Virus genome (UHGV): UHGV-0209072
DNA length: 37,335 nt
Strand: one strand, 5' to 3'
DNA from: a virus
Part shown: positions 9,425 to 18,032 of the stretch, in pieces
How positions within the stretch are numbered: the first letter of the stretch is position 1
Layout: each line of letters opens with the position of its first letter
Notes under the pieces: generated by a model
Databases searched by the model: none
Seen by the model: the letters and a program-made list of their open reading frames with translations, nothing else
Told to the model about the DNA's origin: nothing
Made by a program: the position numbers and the translations under genes

Positions 9425-12400
9425 CTATTTCTTGTTAACCAAATTAACTTTATTTTGATTTCTTGCTTCTTTTTGTTTAACAATTGTGTATATTTTATCT
9501 CCAACAAGTTCGGTATGAACTTCAAATACTGGTTCTTGTAATTGACTAGTTTTAACTTCTTCGCTTAATTCATTCATAGATGAAGAAAGCTTATTAGAGA
9601 CATTTCTAGTATCCGCCGTTAAAACAGAATTTGCTTCATATTCTTGTGATTTTATTGATGTTGCATATGCTAACGCTTGTCTATCAACTTGCTTTTGCAT
9701 TCTTGACATGCCGTTAACTAAACCCATCCCAACAAATCCCCCAATTTTATCGGTAACACGTGATGGCGAATGAATATCCAGTGCTTTCCTCATAGTACGG
9801 GCTACGTTACTAGCTATATTACTAGCAGTTGCGTAAATAGAACCCGCAGAATTTGCTAAACCATTTCTCAAACCTATACCTGCATTATAACCGATATTAG
9901 AAAGCGTTGAAGTCAATCCACTAAAAATGGAGTTTATTCGACTCGTGGAAGAAATCATTATGCTTGTCATTGAATTCATGCTATTCATAACGGCACTATT
10001 CATTCTATTCATACCATTTTGAACATTATTTGCCATTGAATTGAATGCTTGAGTATTTGCAGAATTTATCCTACTGAATCCCCCGTTAATAGTACTAACA
10101 ACACTATTCATTGTACCTGTCACATTTGACTTCATTGAGTTCATGGACTTCGTTACATTGTTTGACATCTGTGAAATGTCTTGCGAAGATTTATTATTAA
10201 TATTTTGTGTATTATTTGATACATTTTGAAACATTTGGTTAGAGGCACTAGAAGCTTGTTGGGTAGCTTGATTCATATTAGTGCCAACAGCATTCGCAGT
10301 ACCAGAGGTAGCCTGATTAACATTAGATAAAATACTATTATAGTCACTAGAGACACCATTTAGTGCACTATTAGACTCTTTTGTTGCAGCATTTGCTGCT
10401 TTAGTTGAATTTGAACTTACTACACTATTAAGGTTATTCATCGTTCCTGATACATTTGTAGCTAGTAGATTATAGTTTGAAGACGTACCATCTTTAGCTG
10501 CATTAGAAGCATTAATTGCATTGTTTGAGGCTTGTGTACTCAAATTACCTACATTTAAATTCATGTTGTTCATTGAATTAGCAACATTTGAACTTGCTTG
10601 TCCATAAGATGAACTCAAATTTGTAGCAGTAGTAGTAGCATCATTTGATACTTTTGAGCTTGTTTCAGATGACTTACCCGTTATTGTGTTCCATAAATTT
10701 GAAAACCCATTTTTAATACCATCCCAAGCTCCTTTTAAAACATTAGGAATAGCCTCTAAAATAGCACCAGCAAGAGCTTTAATAATATCCCACCCAGCAG
10801 CAATAATTTGTGGTAGCATCTGGATTACCGTGCCAATCAACGTCATAATGATTTGTATTCCCGAAGAAACGATGTTTGGCAAATTCTCAACAATACCATT
10901 AACCAAGGCCATAATAATTTGCATTGCTGCGTCTAGAATCATAGGTAAGTTTTCTACAATAAAATTACATAATGAATTTATAATTTGGACTGCTCCATCT
11001 AAAAGCTTAGGTATATTATCCATTAAACCTTGGATTAATGTTAGAATCGCGTTTAATGCGACAGGTAAAATTTGTGGCAATAATTGAGTAAGACCATCAA
11101 TTAAATTCTGAAGAATCTGAATACCCGTATCTATAATTTGAGGTAGATTTTCCATTACAGAATTAACAAACGAATCCAAGATTTTTTTCACTGATTCAAC
11201 TATTTTTGGTATATTTTGAATGATTCCTTTAACTATATTCAGCAAAAGTTCCATTCCCATTTTTAATAATTCAGGCAATGCACTTGCTATGGAGCTCAAA
11301 AATGAAGTAATAACTTCTAACGCTGAATTTATAAGAGACGGTGCATTTTGCCCCACACCTTGTACAAGACTTCCAATAATTTTCATACCTGAATCTATGA
11401 TTATTGGAATCATTGTAGATATAGCACTAGCTAGTTTAGCAATTAATTCAGTGCCACTTTGCATAAGTTGTGGCAATTGTGAGGTAATACCATTAACAAG
11501 ATTAGTTATAATTTCTGGGCCTTTTGTAGTTACCGTCTTTAATAATTTGTCAATTTGTGCTCCAAATTGATTATTGATTAGTCCCAATCCAGCTATAACT
11601 AATCCTAATATAGCTGCAGGTCCTATAGCTGATAAAGCTACTTGCATGATAGTTCCCATTGCAGAAGTCATGCCACCTAAGGCTCCCATACCAACAGAAC
11701 TTGCCATGGATAAGCTACTTCCTATTTTAGGAATTAAACCTATCAAACCTGTTAATCCAGAACTAAACATTTTGAACGGTCCGCTTATCATACCTCCTAA
11801 TATTCCTGAAAATGCTGAAAATCCGCTTGAAAGAGATGCAATTGCAGGAACTGCTTTACTGACTACTAGCGCGCTTCCCAATACAGCAGCTATAGGTAAT
11901 AGTCCTTGAATAGCACCTTTTAAAGCATCAATACTTTTTTTAGACAAATCAGTGCCATTGATAAAATGGTTTAAAACATTTGTAGCAACATCTACTGCTG
12001 CAGATATTTTATCCATATTAAAATCACCAATTTTATCTGTTAATTTGCTGACTGCTTCTATCCCTACTTGAGACAGTTGATCAAAAGCCGGTTGTAATTT
12101 ATTGGTGATTGTTTCCTTTAAGCCATCCATTGCTTGACCGACAGTTTTATATTCGGTAGCCATTTTTGAAAACGTTTCGTTTGTACCAGTTTTAGTTATT
12201 GCATCAAAGAAATCTTGAGTAGCAATTTTCCCATCTTGAACCGCAGTCACCATTTCAGAGGTTGACATGCCCATAGTTTTAGCAACAGCTGCAATACCCG
12301 CAGGAGTTTGTTCTAACATCAATTTAAAATCTTGCCATTGAACCATCGGTTTAGCAGCCATTTGTGTAGCTTGTTGACTTAGCGTTGTCATCGCTTGTGT

Positions 12401-13339
12401 CGGATTTTCAGCTGCCGCAGCTAATCCACCAAAACCCATAACCAATTTGTCAGTATTTTTTATTCCTACAGCTGCTAATTGACTATATGTAGTAGCCATT
12501 TCAGAAGCAGAATAAATTGTTTTAGTGGCAAAATCCTGTAGCTCTTTTTTTACAGATGCTATTTCATCTTTTCCTTTACCAATATTTTCCATATTAGCAT
12601 TGAAAGTTTTCCATGTAGCTGAGCCTTGGTTCAAGTCACCTATAATTTCTTTAAATCCGCTAGAAAGTGCTGATATGCCTTTTTGAGCTACCGCGTATGC
12701 TGCACCAATACCTATGATTTTTTTTACTAAATCATCTGTTGCTGATCCTGCTTTATTGGTTCCTGAAACCATCTTATTTAGTGCGTTAGACGCTTTTGAT
12801 CCAGCACTATTAAACGCTCCAGTTAATTTCGAACCTATATTAGTTCCCAAAGTAGTAATTTTTGAACTTATTTCACTAGCACTTGATCCAACAGCTTTAA
12901 ATGCACTTTTAAAAGGCTGTGGTATTTTAGAAGCAACTGTCGAAAATGCTTTACCAATTATTGATGTTTGTTGTGATAGTCCAGCTCCCATTTCTTTAGC
13001 TGAACTTACAACCGCATTCTTGGCAGCTGACATCCCTTTTTTAATTGGTTGTGGTATTTTTTCGCCGATTCCAGCAATTACACGTTGAATACCGCCGCCA
13101 GCTTTTTCAAATAATGCAACAGTTTGCGGTAAAACTTTAGAAACGCTATTTAGCATCGGATCAGCTAACTTACTCATAATTTGACCGACTTTTTGAGTAG
13201 TACTCATAGATCCGCTTTGTAATATGTTAGCAACATCATTCATAGTTTTATTCGCTATAGATGAAACTTTATTCATTGCAGCATTATATTGCGACAAATC
13301 AGCACCGATAACAGCGTTAATAGCACCTTCAAAAGCCAT
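9425..13339 (-). CDS. Tape measure protein
   Basis: 1304 aa. The N-terminal half is helical and Ala/Gly/Ser-rich. Periodic repeats of about 11-33 residues (LPQILPVALNAILTLIQGLMDNIPKLLDG...) occur. A C-terminal low-complexity N/S/T-rich block (MNNMNLNVGNLSTQASNN...) is present. Located just downstream of the chaperone genes. Confidence 0.9.
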   Translation of the reverse strand: MAFEGAINAVIGADLSQYNAAMNKVSSIANKTMNDVANILQSGSMSTTQKVGQIMSKLADPMLNSVSKVLPQTVALFEKAGGGIQRVIAGIGEKIPQPIKKGMSAAKNAVVSSAKEMGAGLSQQTSIIGKAFSTVASKIPQPFKSAFKAVGSSASEISSKITTLGTNIGSKLTGAFNSAGSKASNALNKMVSGTNKAGSATDDLVKKIIGIGAAYAVAQKGISALSSGFKEIIGDLNQGSATWKTFNANMENIGKGKDEIASVKKELQDFATKTIYSASEMATTYSQLAAVGIKNTDKLVMGFGGLAAAAENPTQAMTTLSQQATQMAAKPMVQWQDFKLMLEQTPAGIAAVAKTMGMSTSEMVTAVQDGKIATQDFFDAITKTGTNETFSKMATEYKTVGQAMDGLKETITNKLQPAFDQLSQVGIEAVSKLTDKIGDFNMDKISAAVDVATNVLNHFINGTDLSKKSIDALKGAIQGLLPIAAVLGSALVVSKAVPAIASLSSGFSAFSGILGGMISGPFKMFSSGLTGLIGLIPKIGSSLSMASSVGMGALGGMTSAMGTIMQVALSAIGPAAILGLVIAGLGLINNQFGAQIDKLLKTVTTKGPEIITNLVNGITSQLPQLMQSGTELIAKLASAISTMIPIIIDSGMKIIGSLVQGVGQNAPSLINSALEVITSFLSSIASALPELLKMGMELLLNIVKGIIQNIPKIVESVKKILDSFVNSVMENLPQIIDTGIQILQNLIDGLTQLLPQILPVALNAILTLIQGLMDNIPKLLDGAVQIINSLCNFIVENLPMILDAAMQIIMALVNGIVENLPNIVSSGIQIIMTLIGTVIQMLPQIIAAGWDIIKALAGAILEAIPNVLKGAWDGIKNGFSNLWNTITGKSSETSSKVSNDATTTATNLSSSYGQASSNVANSMNNMNLNVGNLSTQASNNAINASNAAKDGTSSNYNLLATNVSGTMNNLNSVVSSNSTKAANAATKESNSALNGVSSDYNSILSNVNQATSGTANAVGTNMNQATQQASSASNQMFQNVSNNTQNINNKSSQDISQMSNNVTKSMNSMKSNVTGTMNSVVSTINGGFSRINSANTQAFNSMANNVQNGMNRMNSAVMNSMNSMTSIMISSTSRINSIFSGLTSTLSNIGYNAGIGLRNGLANSAGSIYATASNIASNVARTMRKALDIHSPSRVTDKIGGFVGMGLVNGMSRMQKQVDRQALAYATSIKSQEYEANSVLTADTRNVSNKLSSSMNELSEEVKTSQLQEPVFEVHTELVGDKIYTIVKQKEARNQNKVNLVNKK

Positions 13340-13343
13340 TTAC

Positions 13344-13658
13344 TCACCTCCACTTTTTATTTTTGAAATAGTTCATCACTTCTTTTGCCTTTTCCACACG
13401 ATTGTATGTTTCTTCCTTTTCGTTTGTCGTAGCAAAAATAGATTTTATTTTGCGTTCAATTTTTTCTTTATCAAATACTTTTTTTATTTTTGGCTTCTTT
13501 GCATTCAAAACATATCTTAAAGTAAACGCATAATGGGCTTTTTGTTCTTGTTCATCTACACTTTTCAAAGCTAATCCTTCTAAAATCGCTTCTAACTCCC
13601 ACTTATAACAAGACATAATTAATGGAATATCCACTAATCCTTGCCTAGCACAATTCAC
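13344..13658 (-). CDS. Tail assembly chaperone, gpT-like -1 frame extension (likely expressed as a G-T fusion)
   Basis: The ORF begins (GTG) 1 nt inside the stop codon of the upstream acidic chaperone, in the -1 frame. That frame stays open for more than 15 codons upstream into gpG. Confidence 0.55.
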   Translation of the reverse strand: MNCARQGLVDIPLIMSCYKWELEAILEGLALKSVDEQEQKAHYAFTLRYVLNAKKPKIKKVFDKEKIERKIKSIFATTNEKEETYNRVEKAKEVMNYFKNKKWR

Positions 13659-14134
13659 TATGAGATTTCTTTCTTGATTCGATCTGCTAAATCTTTGACC
13701 GCTTTTGCTTGTTGCTCTGGATTTTGAATCTCTTCGGTCGGTTGTTGGCTCTTCAAGTAATCTGCTGCTTTCTCTAGATTGTTGATATATTTCTTCAATT
13801 TCTTCACGAAAAAACCAGAATCCAACATTTCTTGTTTAAGTGTTTCAAATACCATGCTGTATCCTTCTTCTTCATCTTCAAAAGTTTCCACAAAATCCTG
13901 AACAGACTTCGCAATGTCTTCATCTGTTACTTTATCTTTTGAAGCCAGCTTGATAATATCAAAAAGCGCATCATCATCTTCTTCTAGAACTTTTACAAAA
14001 AGAACACCTGCGCCATCATTTTGTGAGTTACCTTGAGCATCTTTTGTACCTAGCTTTTTATTAGCTTTAAATAACATTCCATAATTAAACTTAATTTCTA
14101 ATTGTTTCTCTTTTAATTTAACTGCAAATGACAT
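13658..14134 (-). CDS. Tail assembly chaperone (gpG-like, acidic)
   Basis: 158 aa and highly acidic (EDDDALFDII..FEDEEEGY). It sits between the MTP region and the TMP. Confidence 0.6.
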   Translation of the reverse strand: MSFAVKLKEKQLEIKFNYGMLFKANKKLGTKDAQGNSQNDGAGVLFVKVLEEDDDALFDIIKLASKDKVTDEDIAKSVQDFVETFEDEEEGYSMVFETLKQEMLDSGFFVKKLKKYINNLEKAADYLKSQQPTEEIQNPEQQAKAVKDLADRIKKEIS

Positions 14135-15021
14135 ATATTATTTCCTCCTGTTTTAGCCATTTTTATAGCTTCTATATATTTTATAGTTGCTTTATCTTTA
14201 GCCATATTATCTAACCTATCTTCAAAAGGACTAGTATTAACATATTTTCCTTTAAAAAATAAATCTTTATCTTTTTCAGTTACACCTGCATTGTGTAATA
14301 TTTTTGTTTCGTACCATTTATTGACTGGATCAGTTGGCCAGCAAAAATTTAATTCTTCATCGATTTTCGGGCCTATGTTAAAAACTAACATATTCCATAA
14401 TTGAGCCCACATTTCCGCAGTCCAAATTTGAATATTACTGTCTTGGTAATTTAAATACTTGAATAAACGTATTGAATCACAATAAACCTTTTCCCAATAT
14501 TCTTTTTTCGGATTGGTTATAACCCATTGAGCCCCACCTGAATTACTATTAATTGTTTCAAGTGATTCAAGATTGACACCAACTATACCGGACATCTCCT
14601 GCAATATTTTGTCTCCATTTTTGCAGCTACGTATATAATCAATATTTAAATAGCCATTACAATCTGAACAGTACCAAACATCCTCTTTCAAATTAAACTT
14701 GTTGAAATCAATCAGTTCTCTAAAAATCACATCTGAGTCCATATAGAAGTATGTTTCTTTTTCTCTACTAGGGTCTTCTTTTAAATATTGCCACCACAAA
14801 TAAGGCTTAATCGAAGGGATATAGCTTTTATCCCTTCGATTATCCTCATAAGTATGCACTGTTACACCATACTCTTCTTTAAAATACACAGGAATTGATG
14901 TATCATGTTTCGAAAAAAGCAATACGATGTCTTCAATTCCTACTTTTTTTAAATTAGTAAGACACACTTCTAATTCCCATTTAAATCTTTGAATCGCAGG
15001 CTGACATAATAGGTATTTCAT
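14113..15021 (-). CDS. Putative GT-A-fold glycosyltransferase (DXD motif) inserted in the tail module
   Basis: 302 aa with no place in the canonical MTP-G-GT-TMP order. YFYMDSDVIF (DSD) lies at about residue 95, after a predicted Rossmann-like N-terminal segment, as in nucleotide-sugar GT-A enzymes. Rich in W/Y/C. The assignment is by motif and position only. Confidence 0.4.
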   Translation of the reverse strand: MKYLLCQPAIQRFKWELEVCLTNLKKVGIEDIVLLFSKHDTSIPVYFKEEYGVTVHTYEDNRRDKSYIPSIKPYLWWQYLKEDPSREKETYFYMDSDVIFRELIDFNKFNLKEDVWYCSDCNGYLNIDYIRSCKNGDKILQEMSGIVGVNLESLETINSNSGGAQWVITNPKKEYWEKVYCDSIRLFKYLNYQDSNIQIWTAEMWAQLWNMLVFNIGPKIDEELNFCWPTDPVNKWYETKILHNAGVTEKDKDLFFKGKYVNTSPFEDRLDNMAKDKATIKYIEAIKMAKTGGNNICHLQLN

Positions 15022-15026
15022 TTTAA

Positions 15027-15656
15027 TTACCTTTGAGTTGTCGTTGTGGTTGTTGTAGGTCTTGTAGTGGTTGTTGTTGTTCCATTATCAATATTGCTAT
15101 AATCACCAGTAGTTTCTCCTGGGCGTTGGAATTGATACAAACTTTCGACCATTGCAACGTCTTCATCTGACAAAGGAAATGTTCCGTCTTGCAATTTCCC
15201 TACAATATTTAATGTGTAGCTAATTTCAACTAAATCTTCTCCTTCAGCATATTCTAATTCGTCAGGGATACCATAACCAAATTTAGCTGGATAAGCTTTA
15301 GTTCCGGCTCCTTCTTCCGTTGCAAGAGTATCGTCAACAACAACTCGCCATACTTTAACAGAATGTCCATTCTTTTTGGCTTCTTCAATAACATCAATTG
15401 ATTCATCATCGGGAGCAAAGTATTGTGTCAATTCAATACTATGTTCATCAGTTGACTTTAAAATTATACGCCCCATTTTTGTTTGTTCATCGATGTTGTC
15501 ACCGCCAATAGTTGTAGTACCATCTGTTTGAAATGCAGGCAAGAGAGCTGGAGATCCAATTGGTACTTGTGTGCTTTGAATAAAGTACCAAACACGGTTT
15601 CCTCTAATAGGTGTTCCTTGGAATTTTTTAATTCCGTTATTTACTGTTTTTGGCAT
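15027..15656 (-). CDS. Major tail protein with a C-terminal poly-Thr tag
   Basis: 209 aa with a TP901-1/phi13-like MTP N-terminus. Ends NGTTTTTTRPTTTTTTTQR. Confidence 0.8.
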   Translation of the reverse strand: MPKTVNNGIKKFQGTPIRGNRVWYFIQSTQVPIGSPALLPAFQTDGTTTIGGDNIDEQTKMGRIILKSTDEHSIELTQYFAPDDESIDVIEEAKKNGHSVKVWRVVVDDTLATEEGAGTKAYPAKFGYGIPDELEYAEGEDLVEISYTLNIVGKLQDGTFPLSDEDVAMVESLYQFQRPGETTGDYSNIDNGTTTTTTRPTTTTTTTQR

Positions 15657-15667
15657 ATGAATTCCTC

Positions 15668-16039
15668 CTAAAAAATATAATCAGATATTTTAAACACGAC
15701 ATGATAAACTTCTCTACCAATAGTGTTATCAGGTCTAATATTTGTACTAATTTTCTTTGTTCGTAGAGCAGATTTGGTTTGATATATTACATCTTCGACT
15801 TTTGCTCTACTATTTACTGGATAAAATAAATCTATTTGTAAATCAGTGTTCACTATTGCAGCACCAAATTTTGCACTTTTTGTATCATCGTCAAAGTGAT
15901 TGCCAATAACATAAAAAGGCTCAATAATTTCTGGCCCTGGAAGTTTATAGTAAATAGGGATTCCCGTTTTATTTAATTTTTCAGAAATCTCTTTTAAAAA
16001 TTTAGTATTTGGGGCATGTTCCACTTCATTTACCTCCAA
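15668..16039 (-). CDS. Tail completion / neck protein
   Basis: 123 aa, placed immediately upstream of the MTP. Confidence 0.45.
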   Translation of the reverse strand: MEVNEVEHAPNTKFLKEISEKLNKTGIPIYYKLPGPEIIEPFYVIGNHFDDDTKSAKFGAAIVNTDLQIDLFYPVNSRAKVEDVIYQTKSALRTKKISTNIRPDNTIGREVYHVVFKISDYIF

Positions 16040-16373
16040 CTATCTTTTGTAAATTCTTCATTAATGTTGGATATTCTTCTTTAACAGCAGGATACAAGAA
16101 AGGTTGAGCAGCCATGAAACGTGTTCCTTCTTCGATGAAAATTGAATAGTTAGCAGGCGAGTCTATACTTACACACATTCTGTACATCATATATGAATAT
16201 ATATTGTTTCTTAACCATCCAGTATCTACCGGTGCTAATTGTTTAGCCCTTTTCTCAACTCTAAATCCTGATTTTTGCAATTCTTTATGAATAGACTGTT
16301 CTGTTTTTTCTTTTTGCTTCTTAACACCCCGAACAAATGCCTTCAGTCCAACAATTTGAATAACTTTGCTCAT
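16026..16373 (-). CDS. HK97 gp10-family head-tail joining/tail component
   Basis: QLAPVDTGWLRNNIYS motif (pvDTG.LR) is typical of the HK97 gp10 family. Confidence 0.6.
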   Translation of the reverse strand: MSKVIQIVGLKAFVRGVKKQKEKTEQSIHKELQKSGFRVEKRAKQLAPVDTGWLRNNIYSYMMYRMCVSIDSPANYSIFIEEGTRFMAAQPFLYPAVKEEYPTLMKNLQKIVGGK

Positions 16374-16648
16374 GTTAATATTACAACTGTTGAATTGCGA
16401 TGAAACTTAACATCAAAAATATTTTTAGAAATACCGTCTATATTAATTTCATCAAAGAAGAAATATCCCTGTAAATGAACTTTAAGTGCATTCTTATTGT
16501 ATTTTCCAAAGAAAGCTATTTGTTCATCAAAAGAAATATTATGGATACTACAAGGTACTGTTCTAACTTCTTTTGAAATGGCTTCTTCTCCTAAATACCC
16601 TTCAGTAGTAATATTCTTAACTATTTTACAACGATGGTTATAAATCAT
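16370..16648 (-). CDS. Head closure / head-tail adaptor protein
   Basis: 92 aa, in position between the gp6-like connector and the gp10-like protein. Confidence 0.45.
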   Translation of the reverse strand: MIYNHRCKIVKNITTEGYLGEEAISKEVRTVPCSIHNISFDEQIAFFGKYNKNALKVHLQGYFFFDEINIDGISKNIFDVKFHRNSTVVILT

Positions 16649-17028
16649 GGTAAAAACCTCGCAATTCCTTTACCAGCTCTAATTTCAGGCTTGGTATACT
16701 CGTCTAAAATGTTCAAATATTCATCCAAATAACTCTTTTCCCAAGTAAAAGAACGACCTTCTTCGCTGTCAGAACTTGTCCCTTCACTATTTCTTTTGTT
16801 GAAACGTTTAATTGATACATCTCTCAATATATAGTTCAAACTATCAGGTACAGCATCGTACTTATCTGTTCCATTTTTTTGAGCATATTGATTCAAGACA
16901 GATAAAATACGTTCTTCACTGTCTTGAATCACTAATGTTAACAATTCATCTTGGAGTTCGTCAGAAATGCCTAACAAAACTTTGATTTCCTTCAGACGAT
17001 CACCGTATTCTTTTTCTGTCTTTCCCAT
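16645..17028 (-). CDS. gp6-like head-tail connector (DNA-packaging) protein
   Basis: 127 aa directly downstream of MCP. The N-terminus (RLKEIKVLLGISDELQDELLTLVIQDSEERI) is typical of the family. Confidence 0.55.
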   Translation of the reverse strand: MGKTEKEYGDRLKEIKVLLGISDELQDELLTLVIQDSEERILSVLNQYAQKNGTDKYDAVPDSLNYILRDVSIKRFNKRNSEGTSSDSEEGRSFTWEKSYLDEYLNILDEYTKPEIRAGKGIARFLP

Positions 17029-17042
17029 ATCAGAAACCTACT

Positions 17043-18020
17043 TTACCCTTGTGTCGTAGTAGTCGTTGTTGTTGGTTTTGTCGTTGTCGTTGTTGTTTCA
17101 CCACTAATTGTTGCTTCTACTACACCTTCTGGAATTTCAGGGAATAATGTTAAAGCATTCATAAACAATGATTCAAATGTTGCATTTCGTAGAGTACGTC
17201 CACGAGTCGCTGAAATAAAACCAGTTTCATCAACAAAGTCCACAAAAATATCACCTAAATCAGATGCCTTCATATCCAAGTATGCTAATACGATATTGTC
17301 AACGGCGGTAGAATAAACCTTTCCTTCTGGGATTGCGTTTAATACAATAACGTTTGTTGCACCTAGAAAGTTTTTCAATAAGGTCATACCAAATACATTA
17401 GATGCATCTGCTAAGACTTTTGTATCCCCTAAGTAGGTTGCTACATCCATAGGATTTACAAAGGAAACAAATTGAGCGCCATCAAACTCTTCGAATGTAC
17501 TTAGTTTCCCCCATGATTGTGCTAACGCTTTTTGTAACCCTTCAGCTGGAATTTTAGTAGGAGCTGTCCCTAAAAAATTAACAAATTGCGTTTTAATTCC
17601 ACCTTGAATTTGGCGCAATAATTTTTCGTCAGATTGATCAATCGCAATAGATGCTCCATGACGAGCAATTGCTTCAGCAGTTACTGCACGGCGCCATTTA
17701 TTAAATGTTACTGTAAATGATTTTCCTTTAGCTCGAGTTACTTTGGATAAAGGAATATCATCGCCTTCCGCAACATTTCCATCTTTTAATGACGTTGTCC
17801 ATTTGTACATTTGAATTTTCATATCTTTAGATAAAGGTTCTAACCGTGTTACACCTAATAACTCTAATAATTCTTTGATGCCTTTCTCAAAACGATTCAC
17901 AAAATCAATGGATTTAATTTCTCCTAAATCGTCCATTTTTGTAAGGTCTGGTTCTGCCGCAAATAGTTGCAAATCCATTTTTAATAAACGTTCTTTATTA
18001 GTTTTTGACATATTTTTCAT
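17043..18020 (-). CDS. Major capsid protein with a Prp-type N-terminal leader and a C-terminal poly-Thr tag
   Basis: 325 aa, in position after the scaffold. The N-terminus is MKNMSKTNKERLLKMDLQLFAA|EPD. The C-terminus is GETTTTTTKPTTTTTTTQG. Confidence 0.8.
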   Translation of the reverse strand: MKNMSKTNKERLLKMDLQLFAAEPDLTKMDDLGEIKSIDFVNRFEKGIKELLELLGVTRLEPLSKDMKIQMYKWTTSLKDGNVAEGDDIPLSKVTRAKGKSFTVTFNKWRRAVTAEAIARHGASIAIDQSDEKLLRQIQGGIKTQFVNFLGTAPTKIPAEGLQKALAQSWGKLSTFEEFDGAQFVSFVNPMDVATYLGDTKVLADASNVFGMTLLKNFLGATNVIVLNAIPEGKVYSTAVDNIVLAYLDMKASDLGDIFVDFVDETGFISATRGRTLRNATFESLFMNALTLFPEIPEGVVEATISGETTTTTTKPTTTTTTTQG

Positions 18021-18032
18021 AAGTTATTCCTC

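Noticed and set aside
9900-10700. Repetitive DNA that could be mistaken for a CRISPR or tandem-repeat array
   Set aside because: The repeats are imperfect, in frame, and encode the N/S/T-rich C-terminal part of the tape measure protein. There are no regular spacer/repeat units and no cas genes.
10686-13088. Several + strand ORFs of 110-133 aa inside the tape measure gene (10686..11087, 11220..11570, 11574..11909, 12714..13088)
   Set aside because: They lie antisense to a long, clearly coding TMP gene. Their products are low-complexity, hydrophobic Ile/Pro/Ala-rich translations typical of the reverse frame of Ala/Gly/Ser-rich coding sequence. No RBSs are present.
15483-15671. 62-aa + strand ORF overlapping the 5' end of the major tail protein gene
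   Set aside because: Antisense shadow ORF with no RBS, inside a strongly supported structural gene.
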